Below, piece by piece: positions 26,930 through 43,326 of a stretch of 64,000 nt of DNA. Numbering within the stretch: position 1 is the stretch's first letter; every line of letters starts with the position of its first letter. The translations under genes and the position numbers were made by a program. This DNA is from the human T2T-CHM13v2.0 reference genome, Homo sapiens: NCBI RefSeq assembly GCF_009914755.1, contig NC_060936.1. One strand, written 5' to 3'. The notes under the pieces are model-generated. The model did no database searches and was not told the origin of the DNA. It saw only the letters and a list, made by a program, of their open reading frames with translations.

Positions 26930-28110
26930 CTGAATGTCTACACAAAAAGAGTAGCAATGGATTATAGGATTATCTCAATAAGTACACAATAAACATTTGA
27001 CAAAATTTCACATCTATTCATTATAAAAATTCAGCACACTAGAAATAAAAGGAGACTTCTCCAATATATTAATAACAAAAGCACCTACCAAAAACCCACA
27101 GTTGGCATGATATCTGATGTTGAAAAACAATGCTTTCTCTGTGATAAATAATGAGGCAAGGATGTCTTCTCTCATGATTCCTATTCAACATCCTAAGATA
27201 ATAGAATCTGGAAAGAAAAAATAAAAGACATTTATTTTAAAAAGGAAAAATAAAACTGTCTCTACTTGTAGTTAACATAAATATTCACATAAATAATTCC
27301 AAAGAATTTATTTTAAAAAGCTACTAGAACTATTATGTGAGTTTAGAAAGTTTGGAGGACATGAGGCCAATATACAAACATAAATCATATTTCTATATTA
27401 TAGCAAAAACAATTGGAAAATAAAATGTTTTAAAGTACCATTTTACAATAGCACTGAAAAACATTAAATACTTGAGTATAAATTTAACAAAATATGTGCA
27501 ATCTGCCTGCTGAAAACTAAAAAACAAATTAAAAAGACACAGGTGAGTGGAAATAAATACCATGTTTACTGATTGGAGAACTCAAAGTTATAAAGATTTT
27601 AATTTTCCCTAAACTGATGTATAGATTCAATAATATTTAAAAGTAAAATCCCAGCAAATTGTTGTGCAGTAATGAACATGCTGATTCTAAATTTGTATGA
27701 AAGAAAAAGGCAGTTGAATTTCCAAAACATTTTTTTAATTGGATGACTCACAATATCTAATTTTAGATTTGCTATCAAGCTGAAGTTATCAAGAAAGTAT
27801 AATCTCAGCATAAAGGTAGACATGTAGATCAATGGAACAGATTTTAACATCCAGAAACAGGCCCACATCTATTTGGTCAGCTGATTTTTGACAAGGATCC
27901 AAACACAATTGAGTAAGTTGGGCTATTTGAAGGGAATATAAAGGAAAATCTAAGTTAGAATTAGAAAAAGTTTTCTTAGATATGATACCAAAAGTATGAT
28001 CCATAAAAATTGAGTAACTGAACTCCATCAAATTAAGAGCTTTTACTCTTCTGTTAAGAGTAACTTATAGACTGGAAACAATTTGTAAATAACATATCTG
28101 CTAAAGATTT
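26930..28110 (+). mobile_element. Old L1M ORF2 fragment (probably continues at about 31030-31315 and 33331-33905)
   Basis: Degenerate RT motifs (aggcaaggatgtcttctctcatgattcctattcaacat); colinear continuation after nested L1s. Confidence 0.7.
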
Positions 28111-31030
28111 TGTATACATCTGATGAAAATAAATGCAAAATCATCCATAAAATAATAGCAAACCAACTACAACAACACAGTTAAAAGTTCATTCACCACA
28201 ATCAAGTGGGATTCATTCCAGGGATGCAAGGATGGTTCAACAACACAAATCAATCAATGTGATATGTTACTTCAACAGAATTGAAGACAAAAACCATATA
28301 ATAATCTCAGTGGATTCTGAAAAGGCATTCAATAAAGTTCAACCTCTCTTCATGATAAAAACTCAAAAAATTGGGTATCAAAGGAGAATACCTCAACACA
28401 ATAAAGGCCATTATAACAAACCCACAGCTAATAAAATGAACAAGGAAAAATTAAAAACCTTTCCACTAAGATCTGGAATAAGGCAAGGATGTTCACTTTC
28501 ACCACTTTTATTCAACATAGTACTGGAAGTTTTAGACAGAAAAATTAGGCAAGAGAAAAAAACAAAAGGCATCCAAATTGGAAAGGAAGAAGTCAAACTG
28601 GCCTTATTTGCAGATAATATGATCTAATCTTTATGAAAACCTAAGGACTCCACAAAAAAAATCTTAGAACTAATAAATGAATTTATCAAAGTTATAAGAT
28701 ACAAAATCAACAAACAGAAACCAGTAACATTTATATATGCTAAGAGCAATCAATCTGAAAATAAACAGGAAAGCAATCCCATTTATAATAGCTACAAAAA
28801 CAAAATACTTAGGAATACATTTAACCAAGGAGGTAACAGATCTCTACAGGAAAAACTATAAATCACTGTTGAAACAAATTGAAGAGGACACAATAAAATG
28901 GAAGAATATTCCGTGGTCATGGATTGGAAGAATTAATATTGTTAAAATGTATATAGTACTCAAAGCAGCCTACAGATTCAGAGCAATCCCTATCAAAATA
29001 CCAATAATATTCTTCACAGAAATAGAAGAAACAATTATAAAATTCATATGGAAACAAAAAAATACCCCAAATAGCTAAAGCAATCCTAAGCAAGAAGAAC
29101 AAGACTGGAGGCATCACACTACCTGATTTCAAATTATGTTGCAAAGCTATAGTAACCAAAAGTACATGATACTGGCAAGAAGCAGACACACAGGCCAATG
29201 GAAAAGAACAGAGAAACCAAAAATAAATCCACACACCTACAGCCAACTTATTTTCAACAAAGGTGCTATGTTAATCTGTTCTCACACTGCTATGAAGACA
29301 TATCTGAGACTGGATAATTTAGAAAGAAAAGAGGTTTAACTGACTCACAGTTCCACAAGGCTGGGGACGCCCCAGGAAACTTACTATCATGGCAGAAGGA
29401 AAAATAGGCATATCTTACATGGTGGCAGGTGAGAGAAATGCTGAGAAAAGAGGGAAAAGTCCCTTAGAAAAGTATCAGATCTCATAAGAACTCACTCACT
29501 ATCATGAGAACAGCATGAGAGTAACCACCCCCGTGATTCAATCACCTCCCACCGGGTCCCTCCCACGACATGTGGAGCTTATGGGAACTACAATTCAAGA
29601 TGATATTTGGGTGGAGACACAGCCAAACCATATCAGGTACCAAGAACATATATTGGGTAAAAGACAGTATCTTAAATAAATGGTACTGGAGAAACTTGAT
29701 TATCTATGTGCAGAAGAATGAAAGTAGATCCCTCTGTTCCACCAAATTAAAAAAAAAATCAACTCAAAATGGCTTAAAGGCTTAAATGTAAGGTCTGAAA
29801 CCATAAAACTACTAGAAGAAAACTACAGACATTGGTCTGGGCAAAGATTTTTTTGAGTAAGACCTTAAAAGCACAGGCAACAAAAGCAACATTAGACAAA
29901 TGGTATTACATCAAGCTAAAAAGTTTCTGAAAGCAAATGAAATAGCCAAAAAAATGAAGAGACAACCTACAGAATGAGAGGAAATATTTACAAACCAACC
30001 ATCCAACAAGAAATTAATAATCAGAATATATAAAGAACTCAGTAGCAAAAAAATAATAATCTGACTTTTAAATGGGGGAAACAATCTGGATACACATTTT
30101 TCAAAAGAAGACATACAAATGGTCAATAAGGATATGAAAAAGTGCTAGACATCAGTAATTATCAGAGAAATGTAAATCAAAATCACAATGAGATTCCCTC
30201 TCACCACAACTAGCTAGAATGACTGTTACCAAAAAGACAAAAAAAAAAATGACAAATGCTGGTGAGGATGTACCACTTGTACACTATTGGTGGGAATGTA
30301 AATTATAGCCATTATGGAATACAGTGTGGAGATTCCTCAAAAAACAGAACTACCATAAGATCCAGCAATTCCACTGTTGGGTACATATCCAGAGCAAAGG
30401 AAATCAGTAAGTATATCAAAGATATTTCTGCACTTTCATGTTTATTACAGCACTATTCATAATAGCCATATATGAAATCGGCCTAAGCATCCAACAACAG
30501 ATGAATGGTTAAAGAAAATGTGGTATATACAAACAACAAAATAGTATTCAGCCATTTAAAAAATAAAATCCTGTTATTTGCAGCAACATGGATAGAACTG
30601 CGGGTCATTATGTGATTATGTTAAGAGAAATAAGCCAAGCTCAAAAAGACTAATATTACATCTTCTCATTCATATGTGGGAGCTAAAATAATGGATCTCA
30701 AGGAGATAGAGAGTAGAATGGTGGTTACTAGAGCCTGGGAAGAGAGTGGGGGGCAGGGTGAAGAGAAGTTGGTTAAATGGTACAAAAATACAGAGAGATA
30801 GAAGGAATGAGTTCTAGTATTTGATGCAGTAGGGAAATTATGGTTAATAACTTATTGTATATTTCAAAATAAGTAGGAGAGAACTGTAATGTTCCCAACA
30901 CAAAAGATAAATGTTTGAGGTGACAGATATCCCAATTACCCTGATTTGATCATTACACATTTTATAGAGGCATCGGGATAACACATGTACCCCCAAAAAT
31001 ATGTACAACTGTTACCTATTAATTTTTTAA
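28110..31030 (+). mobile_element. L1MA 3' portion (ORF2 RT to 3' UTR)
   Basis: ORF 28232-28627 [21 protein letters not shown]...LFADNMI; ORF 28737-29078 KYLGIHLT...[10 protein letters not shown]. Confidence 0.95.
29267..29635 (-). mobile_element. THE1 MaLR solo LTR
   Basis: Ends gacacagccaaaccatatca; 5-bp TSD ggtgc/ggtac. Confidence 0.95.
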
Positions 31031-31315
31031 AAGACTGTATCCAGAATATAAAAAGAACTGTAAAAACTCAATAATAAAAATGAAATCAGTAAAGACATGA
31101 GCAAAAGATCCAAATAAAAACTATCAAATCGGGTATACAGATGGTAAATAAATCCACTTAAAAGGTAACCTATATAATCAACATTTCAAAAATGCTTTTA
31201 GAAACAATTGAAAATACCAAGTCATGGTGAAGAGATAGAGGAACTGAAACTCTCATACTTTGCACATGGGACTGTATCTTAGTACAGTTTCCTTTGAAAA
31301 CCAATTGACAGACTC

Positions 31316-33330
<2,015 letters not shown>

Positions 33331-34720
33331 TAGTTTGTTTCCTATAAAGGTAAATTTACACTTACCATATATAACCCAACAATCTGACTGCTAAGAGAAA
33401 CAAAAACTTACGTTCACACAAAAACCTGCATGCATATATTTATAGCAACTGCATTCATAATCATCAAAAGCCAGAAACAATCCAATTGTCCTTCAACTTA
33501 AGACCGAGAAGCTCTTTATCCATACAATGGAATATTACACAGGAATAAAAGACAACTGATTATTGATAAAGATAGAAGATGGGTGATGTCCAAATATATT
33601 ATGCTCTGTGAAATAAGCTAGGCTCCAAAGGCTGGATCCTGTGTGGTTCCATTTATATGAAATTCTGGAGAAATGCAAAACTGTAGGGTCACAAATATTT
33701 GAAAACAGATCAGCAGTTATCAGGGACCATGAATGGAGGGAGGAGCTGATCTCAAAGGGGCATTGGGAATTTTTTTTGGGTAATGAAACTGTTCTATATT
33801 GTGATTTTGGTGCTGGTTACACAATTAATGTACCCATTACAGCTGACAGAGCTGTGTACTAAAAAAAAAGTGAATTTTACTCTAGGTAAATTATATGTTA
33901 TAAAACTAAAACTAAGCTAAAGCTATGAAGCTCCTTGAAGAAAGATAGGAGAATACCTCTGAAACTTTGGGGTAGGCAAAGATTTCTTTAGGCCTAGGTA
34001 GCAATAACCTTTAAAGTATAATATACTGGACTTCATTAAAATGTGTATTTCTTCTTATTTAAAGATATCATTAAGACCATGATTATGTGAGCCTCAAACT
34101 GAAAGAAAACATCCATAATATGTTTGCCAAGCAAAAGATTAATAATTAAAATATAAAGTGTTTCTGTAACATAATAGTAAAAAGACAAACCATTCAATTT
34201 TTAAGTGAGTCTACCTTGAGTAGAAACTTCAATTTAAAGAGATGTACAAATGGCCAATAGGCACATGGAAAATGTTCTACGTCATCAATCACCAGGGAAA
34301 TAATTACAAAATGGCTAAAATCCAGAGACTTGTACCTGAGTATTTACAGTAGCTTCAATCATAATAGCCCTAACCTGGAAACAGTCCAACTGTCCAGCAT
34401 CAGGATAAATATTTATGAAATGGAATACTATTCAGCAATGAAAAATGAAGTACTGAACAACATAATGAATCTCAGAAAGACTCCATTTGTGTAAAATTCT
34501 AGAAGAGGCAAAACTATTCTATGGTGATAAAAACAAGAACATAACTGTTTCAGGGAGAGGGTGGAGAATTAACTGTTTTGAGAGAACGAGGAAACTTTCT
34601 TGAGTGATGGAAATGGTCTCTCTCTTAATAGCAGTGTAGTTACATGTGTATGCATTTTTCAGTTCTGGTCAAACCTTATGATTTTTACATTTCATTGTAT
34701 TTAAATTATACTTCAACTTT
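33331..34720 (+). mobile_element. Two tandem L1ME-type 3' fragments
   Basis: catacaatggaatattac / atggaatactattcagcaatg and ttccatttatatgaaattct motifs, each seen twice. Confidence 0.7.
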
Positions 34721-35356
34721 CCTTACTGATGTTTTTTAAAAATATAAAGTACAGGAGATTCCTCTTCTTCTGTTGGACAAGGTTAAATTTTCCTCATTAA
34801 ATAGAAATTAGATAAATACATGATATTTTATTCACTTTATCCATCATCATATCCTGAATATCCAGAACAGTGCCCAGCACAAATCAGATTTCCAATAAAT
34901 ATCTGGAGAGTGATTGTTTGTGTCACTTGGAACTGCCACTACCATCTTGGAACCCTGAGTCCAAAGGCAAGAAGATGAGTAGAAAAAAAGAAGGTAAAAA
35001 TATATAACCTGATTTGGCTAAGCCATGGGATTATCCAAGTTAAAATTTGTCCTATCTCCATCTTCCTATTTATATGAGAGAATAAATTGTATTTCTTAAT
35101 CATTTGATTAATTTTAGTTGTTCTGAATTTAGTTGTTCTTCTCATACATTTGTTGAGAAGATTAAACAATACTATAAATATGAAATGCTTTATATAGGTT
35201 AAAAAAGGGTCATTCATGCATAGTTAAGGTACCTTATGATGATTATCTGTGATCATAATATACTCCTTCTACCTGAAAAAAATCTCACAAATTGTACAAT
35301 TCAAGCATGGAAAAAGGGATAAGAAGTTGTATGATTTTATTCCTTTGAATTTACAG

Positions 35357-35639
35357 ACTTGTTGCAGCATCTCATGTGTCTAACCTGAAGATAAACCAGC
35401 ATCAGAAAGCATTAATTAGCTCATCATTCAAACTGTCTTCAGTGAAAAATTATCTGAGGCTGTGCAAGCCAGGAAATGCCTGTCAGTGCTCAACCTGTCA
35501 GAATCTCCATTTGACCACAGGGTCATTTGCAGTGGCATCTGATGGGAAAGTCAGCATCCCCAGTAGCATACTCGTGAGAGCATTTCCCCAGGACTGTTCT
35601 AGTAAACAGGCTCTGGCTCATTGCTTAAATGTTGGCTAA
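35357..35639 (+). pseudogene. Candidate distal exon (3' boundary unknown)
   Basis: Acceptor ttattcctttgaatttacAG; 93 open codons from 35358 (includes ORF 35376-35639); non-repetitive. Confidence 0.35.
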
Positions 35640-37744
35640 AGACAGAGCCATCTGGAAAGCAGGGTATTAGAATGATCTCTATTTTTCCAAGAATCAAAGC
35701 AAGGTGGAACATTTCAGAATGAAACCATGGATGTTATTCATAAAATCTGGGCCACATAAGGTTAGAGGCATATTGATTTTCAGTCTCAGGATGAAATGGC
35801 CATCTTTGGCCTTTCAGGAAAATGACCACAGATTAAGATGATGAAGAACAGATGCCACTATTTGAAGCTTCAATTAGAAAGCCCCAAATGGGCTTAATCG
35901 ACAAGACAGCCATAACAACTGTGTCCTGCCACAGATTGACGGAAGGAAGACAAATGTTTTAATGTGGTGAAGACAAATCTAGCTGCTTCCAAACAAATGA
36001 TCTGGTCAGTTTGAAAAAGTTGGAAGGAATCAAACTTGCCAATATGTACCAAGTTCCAGGAAGGACTTAGATTTGAGTAATTCATGTTGGAATTAAGTTT
36101 AAGAACAAAAACCTTTTTTAAAAAATGTTTTCTTAGATGAGCTCACCCATGAGACTATCTATACCTGGCAGGGTTTAGAGAAAGCATAGACATAAATCTA
36201 CCTCTGCCTTGCCTAGAAGGCTTTGTGTCTCTTTTTCTGTAAATCTTCCTCTCTTTTAGTAGCCCTTCCCTTCCCACTACCCAAAAGCATCATCCTCCCA
36301 TAATGGCTCAGACATAGATTATATCTATAAATTCATTCCCACCAATTAGTGATCACTGACTAATGTTGAATTATTTTTCTTTATGGAAAAACCTAGTGTT
36401 TACGCCAGTGAAATGTATCACTAATAGTTGGATTTCAGGTATCAGCCACTAGTTGGAAAGATATCAGAGGGAAAACATATATTCATTCCACAGTCATTTA
36501 TTCATACGATAGCCATTAATATCACCTTTTTGAACATCTTCCTTTTGTAAGTTACAATGAAAATACAATAAAATATAAGTTAAATTTCTTTTGCTCCAGA
36601 TTTTATTTACAAACAGGGGAGTTAAGATATATAGATAAATAACTATATGTTAAGTCAGTGCCTGATATAGATATATCATTTTTTAAAATCCTATATTCCC
36701 TAGAAATTTAGAGAATGAAGAGAAAACTTCTAAGATGTTCGTAGAATGCTTCAGGGAAGAGGTTTGATAATGAGCTGTTCATGAAAGATTGAACTCATGA
36801 AACTGGGGATAAGGAAGACAGTCTCGGAGGGGAAAATGGCACAAGCAAACGTGTGGAGGAAATGCAAGTGTGAAGAATGGGCATCACCAATTCTTACATG
36901 AGTGATCACCTCAGGGTGTGTCAACTTACCTTGGGCTTCTGCAAAACAGTCAAGAAAACTGCTTTTTATTATTTTCTGTTTTCTGAATCAGCAACTCTGT
37001 CACAAGCTAGAAGTCCCTGTATTATTCTTCATTCTATTACTTTTCATGTAAGACTTGAAAACTCTTGGGAGCCTTGGTCTACTAATTCATATGTCATGTT
37101 TGAGTTACATTTTAGAAATAGCAAATACACTTGAGGCAAACAGGCCCTAGTTTTGTTTTGTTTGTCTTCTCCTCACTGAAATTAAATTAAAATCTATACC
37201 TTTCCTCTGATGTTAGTAACCTCTTTGTTTTGTTTCTTTAATAAAGAGAAAAACACTATTCACAACCGCAGTCCCAAAACAATCTCCAGGGATTATCTAA
37301 GCAACGCACTTGTTTCCAGGCATTAGTGCACTTATTGTATTAATATTTCATAAACAACATAATACTACTGATAATTAGTAGTCTTATAAATGAATAACAA
37401 CTTTGAATAATCTGGTCTTAACATAATAACTTGAAGTTAACTGAGCTCATTAAGTTATAATAATTTAGGCAGAGATTTTCTATTTACATGACAAGGATTA
37501 GGAAGCCTTTACCTTTAAGCTAATACATGAATATGAGAAATCAGTTTTGAAAGGATGATTATCATTATTGGTATTATTACTAACACTGAAGATTTACACA
37601 AATCATAGCATGTAGAACCTTTATAAAGAAAAGGTTCATTCAAAATTTAAAGGGCAATGCCCAGTTAGTTTCAGCGTATTTACATCTTCCAGGCCTGCAC
37701 ATATGGACACTTAATGCCAGGAAGGGAACAAGTTGTGTGGAAAG

Positions 37745-37915
37745 AAAAAAGCTTGACCTTGTATCAGTCACTCACTAGCTGTTTGACCCCTAGCAATTAA
37801 CCTAAATTTTCTGAGCCTCAGTTTTCTTGAATGTGAAGTAGAGATCAAAGTGCCTATCACATAGTTGTGATAAGAGGATTGGGTGACATGAAGTCTATAA
37901 AGTTGCTGCAGAGAA
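37745..37915 (+). mobile_element. MIR
   Basis: ctcactagctgtttgacc...tctgagcctcagttttcttgaatgtgaa core. Confidence 0.75.
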
Positions 37916-38491
37916 CCCACACAAGCAAGCATTCTGGGAGACACTTTTTTTCTGAAATTGATAGTAATCAATGTTCACGTCTCTAAAATGGTAACTCACT
38001 CTAACAACCTATTTCCAGGGTTGCATGTGTGTTCTAGGTTGATTTATGTACAGTTTCTCCAGCTCTGAGCCAGTGCAAACATGGCTGAGGCCTTTGTACC
38101 TCCTTTCACTACTTGAAGTGTTAACTCCCACTGGACTGGGAATCACAATTGCATTGCCTGATGGCTGGTAATGCGCTTTAGATACAAACTTAGAGACATT
38201 TTTCACCTTCTGGAACAACAACAAAAAATACTGAAAACGGTGCTGGTGAAAGGAATCTTCCTCATAATCGAATTTGAAGCGATCTTTTCCAGAGGATTCA
38301 CGAATGGTCCAGTGTTGTTTGCTCTGCATAGTGATATGCATTGTTCCACCAAACATGGTTTGTTTTATTTCTTACTTATTTTCACAAATATATTTTTAAA
38401 ACTCTAATAAACATTTAAAATAAAAAACACAGGATTCTGAATGTCCAAATGTTTCCATCTTCTTCACATGAAGTAATTTTTCTAACATAAT

Positions 38492-39192
38492 GTGGTAGAA
38501 ACTTAACCTCAGACTTGCCCTTAACCAATTCACCAGATTACTCAAGCTCTTCATTCCCACTACAACACATGTTGACTGGCAATGAAGTCTCACCAAATGC
38601 TTCGGAAGCCTGCCCACCCCTACGCTCACGTGCTGCACATGTACCAAGACTCAGTTGCATTTCTCCCAAACATGTTTATGCTGCTTAAATTTATTATGAT
38701 GATTTCACAATTTAATTAAATATTACAAAAACCTATCAACTATGAGTGAGAAAATTTTTCTATGAAAATTGAGTGGAAAACTTTGGAAAGTCTCAATGAA
38801 TGTAAATGACATATAAAAACCACAACCAATTAGGTAGAGGCAGACAAACATAAACAAATTAAGGGAAACAGCAATAAAAATCTAGGATTCTGCCCTTTGA
38901 CCGTTTTTCCTCTTTAAATTTCTTCTTTCACAGTGAAGAAATTGAACTTGGGCATTGAAGGTGATGCATCAATGCTTAATGGAAGAAAAATAACATTGAG
39001 CTTCCAACAGTGGACCTATACTTAATCTACCAAAGGAAAAAAAACTGTGCATGAAGATCCATTTATATGTTTTAAGTTAATATAAAATGTCTAAGTTGGT
39101 TGTGGATTTTCCCAATTTCCCAATTTCACCTCCTGTATGAACTAATTAATCCATTGCAATTCTAACTTATCTAATTTCTAAAACTTCTGTTA
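38492..39192 (+). mobile_element. Old Tigger element (Tigger13-like) with transposase N-terminal remnant
   Basis: cttaaccaattcaccagattactcaagctcttcattccc start; degenerate transposase N-terminal coding remnant ending ...SGPIL. Confidence 0.55.
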
Positions 39193-39330
39193 CTTTAGAA
39201 TGCGTCTGTATTCTTCAACGTATTTTTGTACAATGACAAATCAATCTTAATTGTTGTATTCTTTTAGCAGGGAACAAAAACATGAAACCTTAAATTCAAA
39301 ATGAATTAAACAGAAATTAAGACTTTAACA

Positions 39331-39634
39331 GGCTAGGTGTGGTGGCTCACACCTGTAATCCCAGCATTTTGGGAAGCTGAGGCGCGGGTATTACTTGAGG
39401 GCAGGAGTTTGAGACCAGTCTGGCCAATATGGCAAAACCCCATCCCTACTAAAGATACCAAAAAAAAAATTAGTCAGACGTGGTGGCAGGTGCCTGTAAT
39501 CCCAGCTACTGGAAAGGCTGAGGCAGGAGAATCGCTTGAACCTCGGGAGGCAAAGGCTGCAGTGCAGTGAGCCGAGACCATGCCACTGCACTCCAGCATG
39601 AATGACAGAACAAGATTATCTCAAAAAAAAAAAA
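39331..39634 (+). mobile_element. AluS
   Basis: Full dimer with A tail. Confidence 0.95.
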
Positions 39635-42470
39635 AGTTAACACTTAATTAGCAATGATGTTTTAATGGCTATCTTTAGTGATTTCCCATGAGTAGGAAGT
39701 CTCCAGGTGCCTCTTCTCCCTCTGGATATTAGTCTCCTTCCTGCCACCATTGCCTTCGTTGCCTTTAGCTATACAAGATTCTTTTATGCCTTGGATGACC
39801 ACATACACACCATGGCTACAGAGGACAGTCTGGTTTAAGTCCATTGGATCAACATAACTATTGAAAGTCCTCCATTTCACTTCCATTGTTGTCCTAGTTT
39901 GAAAGATACAGTATATGGACTCCATATTTGTATAAGACCTCATACTACCCTGCTCTCTGAATTTTTTACTTTCTCATCTTCTCTTTCTTTTGTTCTCTTT
40001 GTGCACTTGACCTTGAGAAAAAAAAATCACTCTTCAGACATGTATTCCTGACTTAGAGATAACCTCCTGCAAGATCTTATTAAAGATTTACAAAAAGAGT
40101 GACTTAGTTAGAAGAAAATATAAATATATCACAGAACTCTGATGTCAGAGTCCTCATTGCCAACCAGGGCCATTAACCAAAAGATCCTAAAAAGCCAAGG
40201 CAATATGCATCTCTCTGTCTCTGTTTCTGACTGTGTGGTCCCTCATCTTATCCTCTTTTTGGATGTCTGTTTCATCCTCCTTTTCCCTACTGACCAGCTC
40301 TTTCTCCTTTACTCTCACTTAACTCAAACTTGGGTTTACATCAACTACCTGACTTTTTGTCACCTACCAGTTCAAGTGCTTAAAAGAAACAACTTCATTT
40401 GCCATGGCTGTACTTGACATTCTCGAGAGAAAAAATTGATCCAATAAGCCCAACACTTAGGTTAGCTTTTTCGTATTACACCAATGACTGATTCAATAAA
40501 CTGTAAGGGTTGTGGGTTATGAGAGAAAGGCCACATGGTCCAGGGCAGGTGGAACTATATGATACAGATTCTCTAACAAGGGGACACGAGCACAGAAAAA
40601 CATCATTGGCATTTGTAATATTTCTCTTCAGACTCTGAAAGTAATTCAGTGACTAAAATCGCTAATCAATCTAAATACACGCAAATGTGCTAATAGAAGA
40701 TCACAGTCTAAGATAACATAAATATGCTTTTAAAATAGGGTAAAATCATAATGTATAATGAAAATCCCCAGTATGTTGAAAGCCAGTGATAAAGATATCT
40801 CTGGCAAGAGAATCACTTTAGACTCTGTTAATAAAAAGAAACAGCATGAAGTGATTTTGATGCATGCAGATAAATGACAGCAACTTGTACAATCTTCTCT
40901 TAACCTTCACTTTACCCCTAAACACCACAAATATTTGCCCATGAATGAAATAACTCACCATTAATGTAGTGAGAAAATAAGTTCACAAATATTATGTATT
41001 TCTTTTACTGAAGCCCCAAATTTGCATCTTGACTTTGATTTTCAATAGTTTTGAGACATTGAGTCACTTATAGATTCATTTCTCTAAACTATAGTTGGTA
41101 TAGTTGAACTGTCTAGTGACAATTAGTTTGGAGCTACCAATACTTTGTTGTCTTAGGTATGGTTTGTGTTCTATTTAATACTCCCTCTAAATGCTTAAGA
41201 TATGAGTAGATAAAACTTAAGCAACATCAGAAAGAAATGAAACATGTATAAGACATGGAGTTTCTTCTAAAGGAGTTTACAATCGAAATAATGAGAAAAT
41301 TAAAAGCTTTTAGCTAAATATGCACAAACTTAAATACATTTTTTCTCTTCTCCTTAAATGTACAATACTCTTTCCTATTAGAATTCATCTAGAGACTATG
41401 ATGGTAATAAGAAAGTATGTGAAACCCAGAAATATGGAAAATATGAGAAATAAGTATCTAGTAATTACTGTTTAGAGGAGGTATTAATTCGACCTCAGTA
41501 TCATCACAACAAAAATTTGTATTAAGCAGTAAGCTTCATTTTTTAAAATTGACTAGAAAGTACAGAGAGTTTTCATATATTACCTGTCCCCTCAAATGTA
41601 CAACCTTTCATACTATCACCATCCCACATCACAGTGGTACATTATTATAATCGATGAACTTACATTGACACATCATTATCACCCAAAGTCCTTAGTTCTC
41701 ATTAGGATTCACTCTTGGTGTTGTAGATTCTGCAGGTTTTGCCAAATGTAAAATGACATGTATCCACCATGACATTATCCTTCAGAATAGTTCGATGCCC
41801 TAAAAATCCTCTGTGTTCCATCTATTAATCTCTTCCTCCCCCTTACCCTGGCAAGCATTGATCTTTGTACTGTCTCCATAGTTTTGCCTTTTCCAGGCTG
41901 CTATATAGTTGGAATTATACAGTAGGTAGCCTTTCCAGTTTGGCTTTTTCCACTTAGTAATATGTATTTAAGGTTCCTCCCATCTTTTCATGACTTGATA
42001 GTTCATTTATTTTTGTAGTGATGAAGAATATCCCATGGTCTGGATAAACCACAGTTTATCCACTTACCTACTGAAGGAGATCTTGATTGTTTCCAAGTTT
42101 AGGCAACTATGAATAAAGATGCTAAAAATGTTTGTGTGCAGGTTTTTGTGTGTTTTCAACTCATTTGGATAAATATCAAGGAGTACAATTGCTGGATCAT
42201 ATGGAAAGAATATGTTTACCTTTTGTAAGAAATTGCCAAACTGCCTTTCAACGTGGCTGTACCAGTTTGCATTCCCACAAGCAATGAATGAGTTCCTGTT
42301 GCTCCACATCCTCACTAGCATTTTGTGGTGTCAGTGTTCTGAATTTTGGCCATTCTAATAGGTGTGTTTTGCTTTGCAATTCCCTAATGTTGAATCATAC
42401 TGAACATCTTTACATATGCTTATTTGCTATTTGTATATCTTCTTTAGTGAGCTGTGCAGAGCTTTTGTTT

Positions 42471-42761
42471 CTTTTTTTTTTTTTTTTTTTTTTTTGAGAC
42501 AGAGTCTCTCTCTGTTGCCAGGCTAGAGTGGCGCAATCTCGGTTCACTGCAACCTCCGACTCCCGGGTTCAAGTGATTTTCCTGCCTCAGCCCCCTGAGT
42601 AGCTAGGACTACAGGCGTGCGCCACCAGGTCCAGCTAATTTTTGTATTTTTAGTAGAGATTGGGTTTCACCATGTTGGGTCTATATCTCCTGACCTTGTG
42701 ACCTGCCTGCCTCGGCCTCCCAAAGTGCTGAGATTACAGGTGTGAGCCACCGTGCCCGGCC
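42471..42761 (-). mobile_element. AluSc-like
   Basis: Antisense dimer with small deletions. Confidence 0.95.
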
Positions 42762-43326
42762 TGTTCGTTTTTTAAATCAGGTTGTTTCTTTCTTTATTGT
42801 TCAGTTTTATGAGTTATTTGTATATTTTGGATAACAATTCTTGATCAGATGTGTCTTTCACAAATATTTTCTCCCTGTCTGTGGCTTGTCTTCTTATTCT
42901 CTTGACATTGTTCTTCACAGACCAAAAGTTTGTCATTTTAATAAAGTCTAGCTTATTAATTATTTATTTCATGGATCATACCTTTGGTGCTGTATCTAAA
43001 AAGTCATCACCATATCTAGGGTCACCTAGGTTTTCTCCTATGTTACCTATTAGAAATTGTATAGTTATGTACTTTGCATTTAGGTCTATGATCCCTTTTG
43101 GGATAATTTTTGTGAAAGATGTAAGTCTGTGTCTACATTCATTTTTTGCATGTGAATGTTCAGTTGTTCTAGCACGATTTGTTGAAAAGACTATATTTTC
43201 TCCATTGTATTGTCTTTGCTTCTTTATTAAAGGTCAATTGACTATATCTATGTGGGTCTATTTCTGGGCTTTCTATCCTGTTCTATTGATCTATTTGTCA
43301 ATACTACACTGCCTTCATTACTGCAG

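Noticed and set aside
28232-29078. 131-aa and 113-aa ORFs with reverse transcriptase motifs
   Set aside because: Broken L1 ORF2 fragments, not a host gene or an active element.
35460-35510. CxCxxCxN resembling a tesmin/CXC zinc motif in ORF 35376-35639
   Set aside because: Too few conserved cysteines and the ancestral frame is uncertain; cannot assign.
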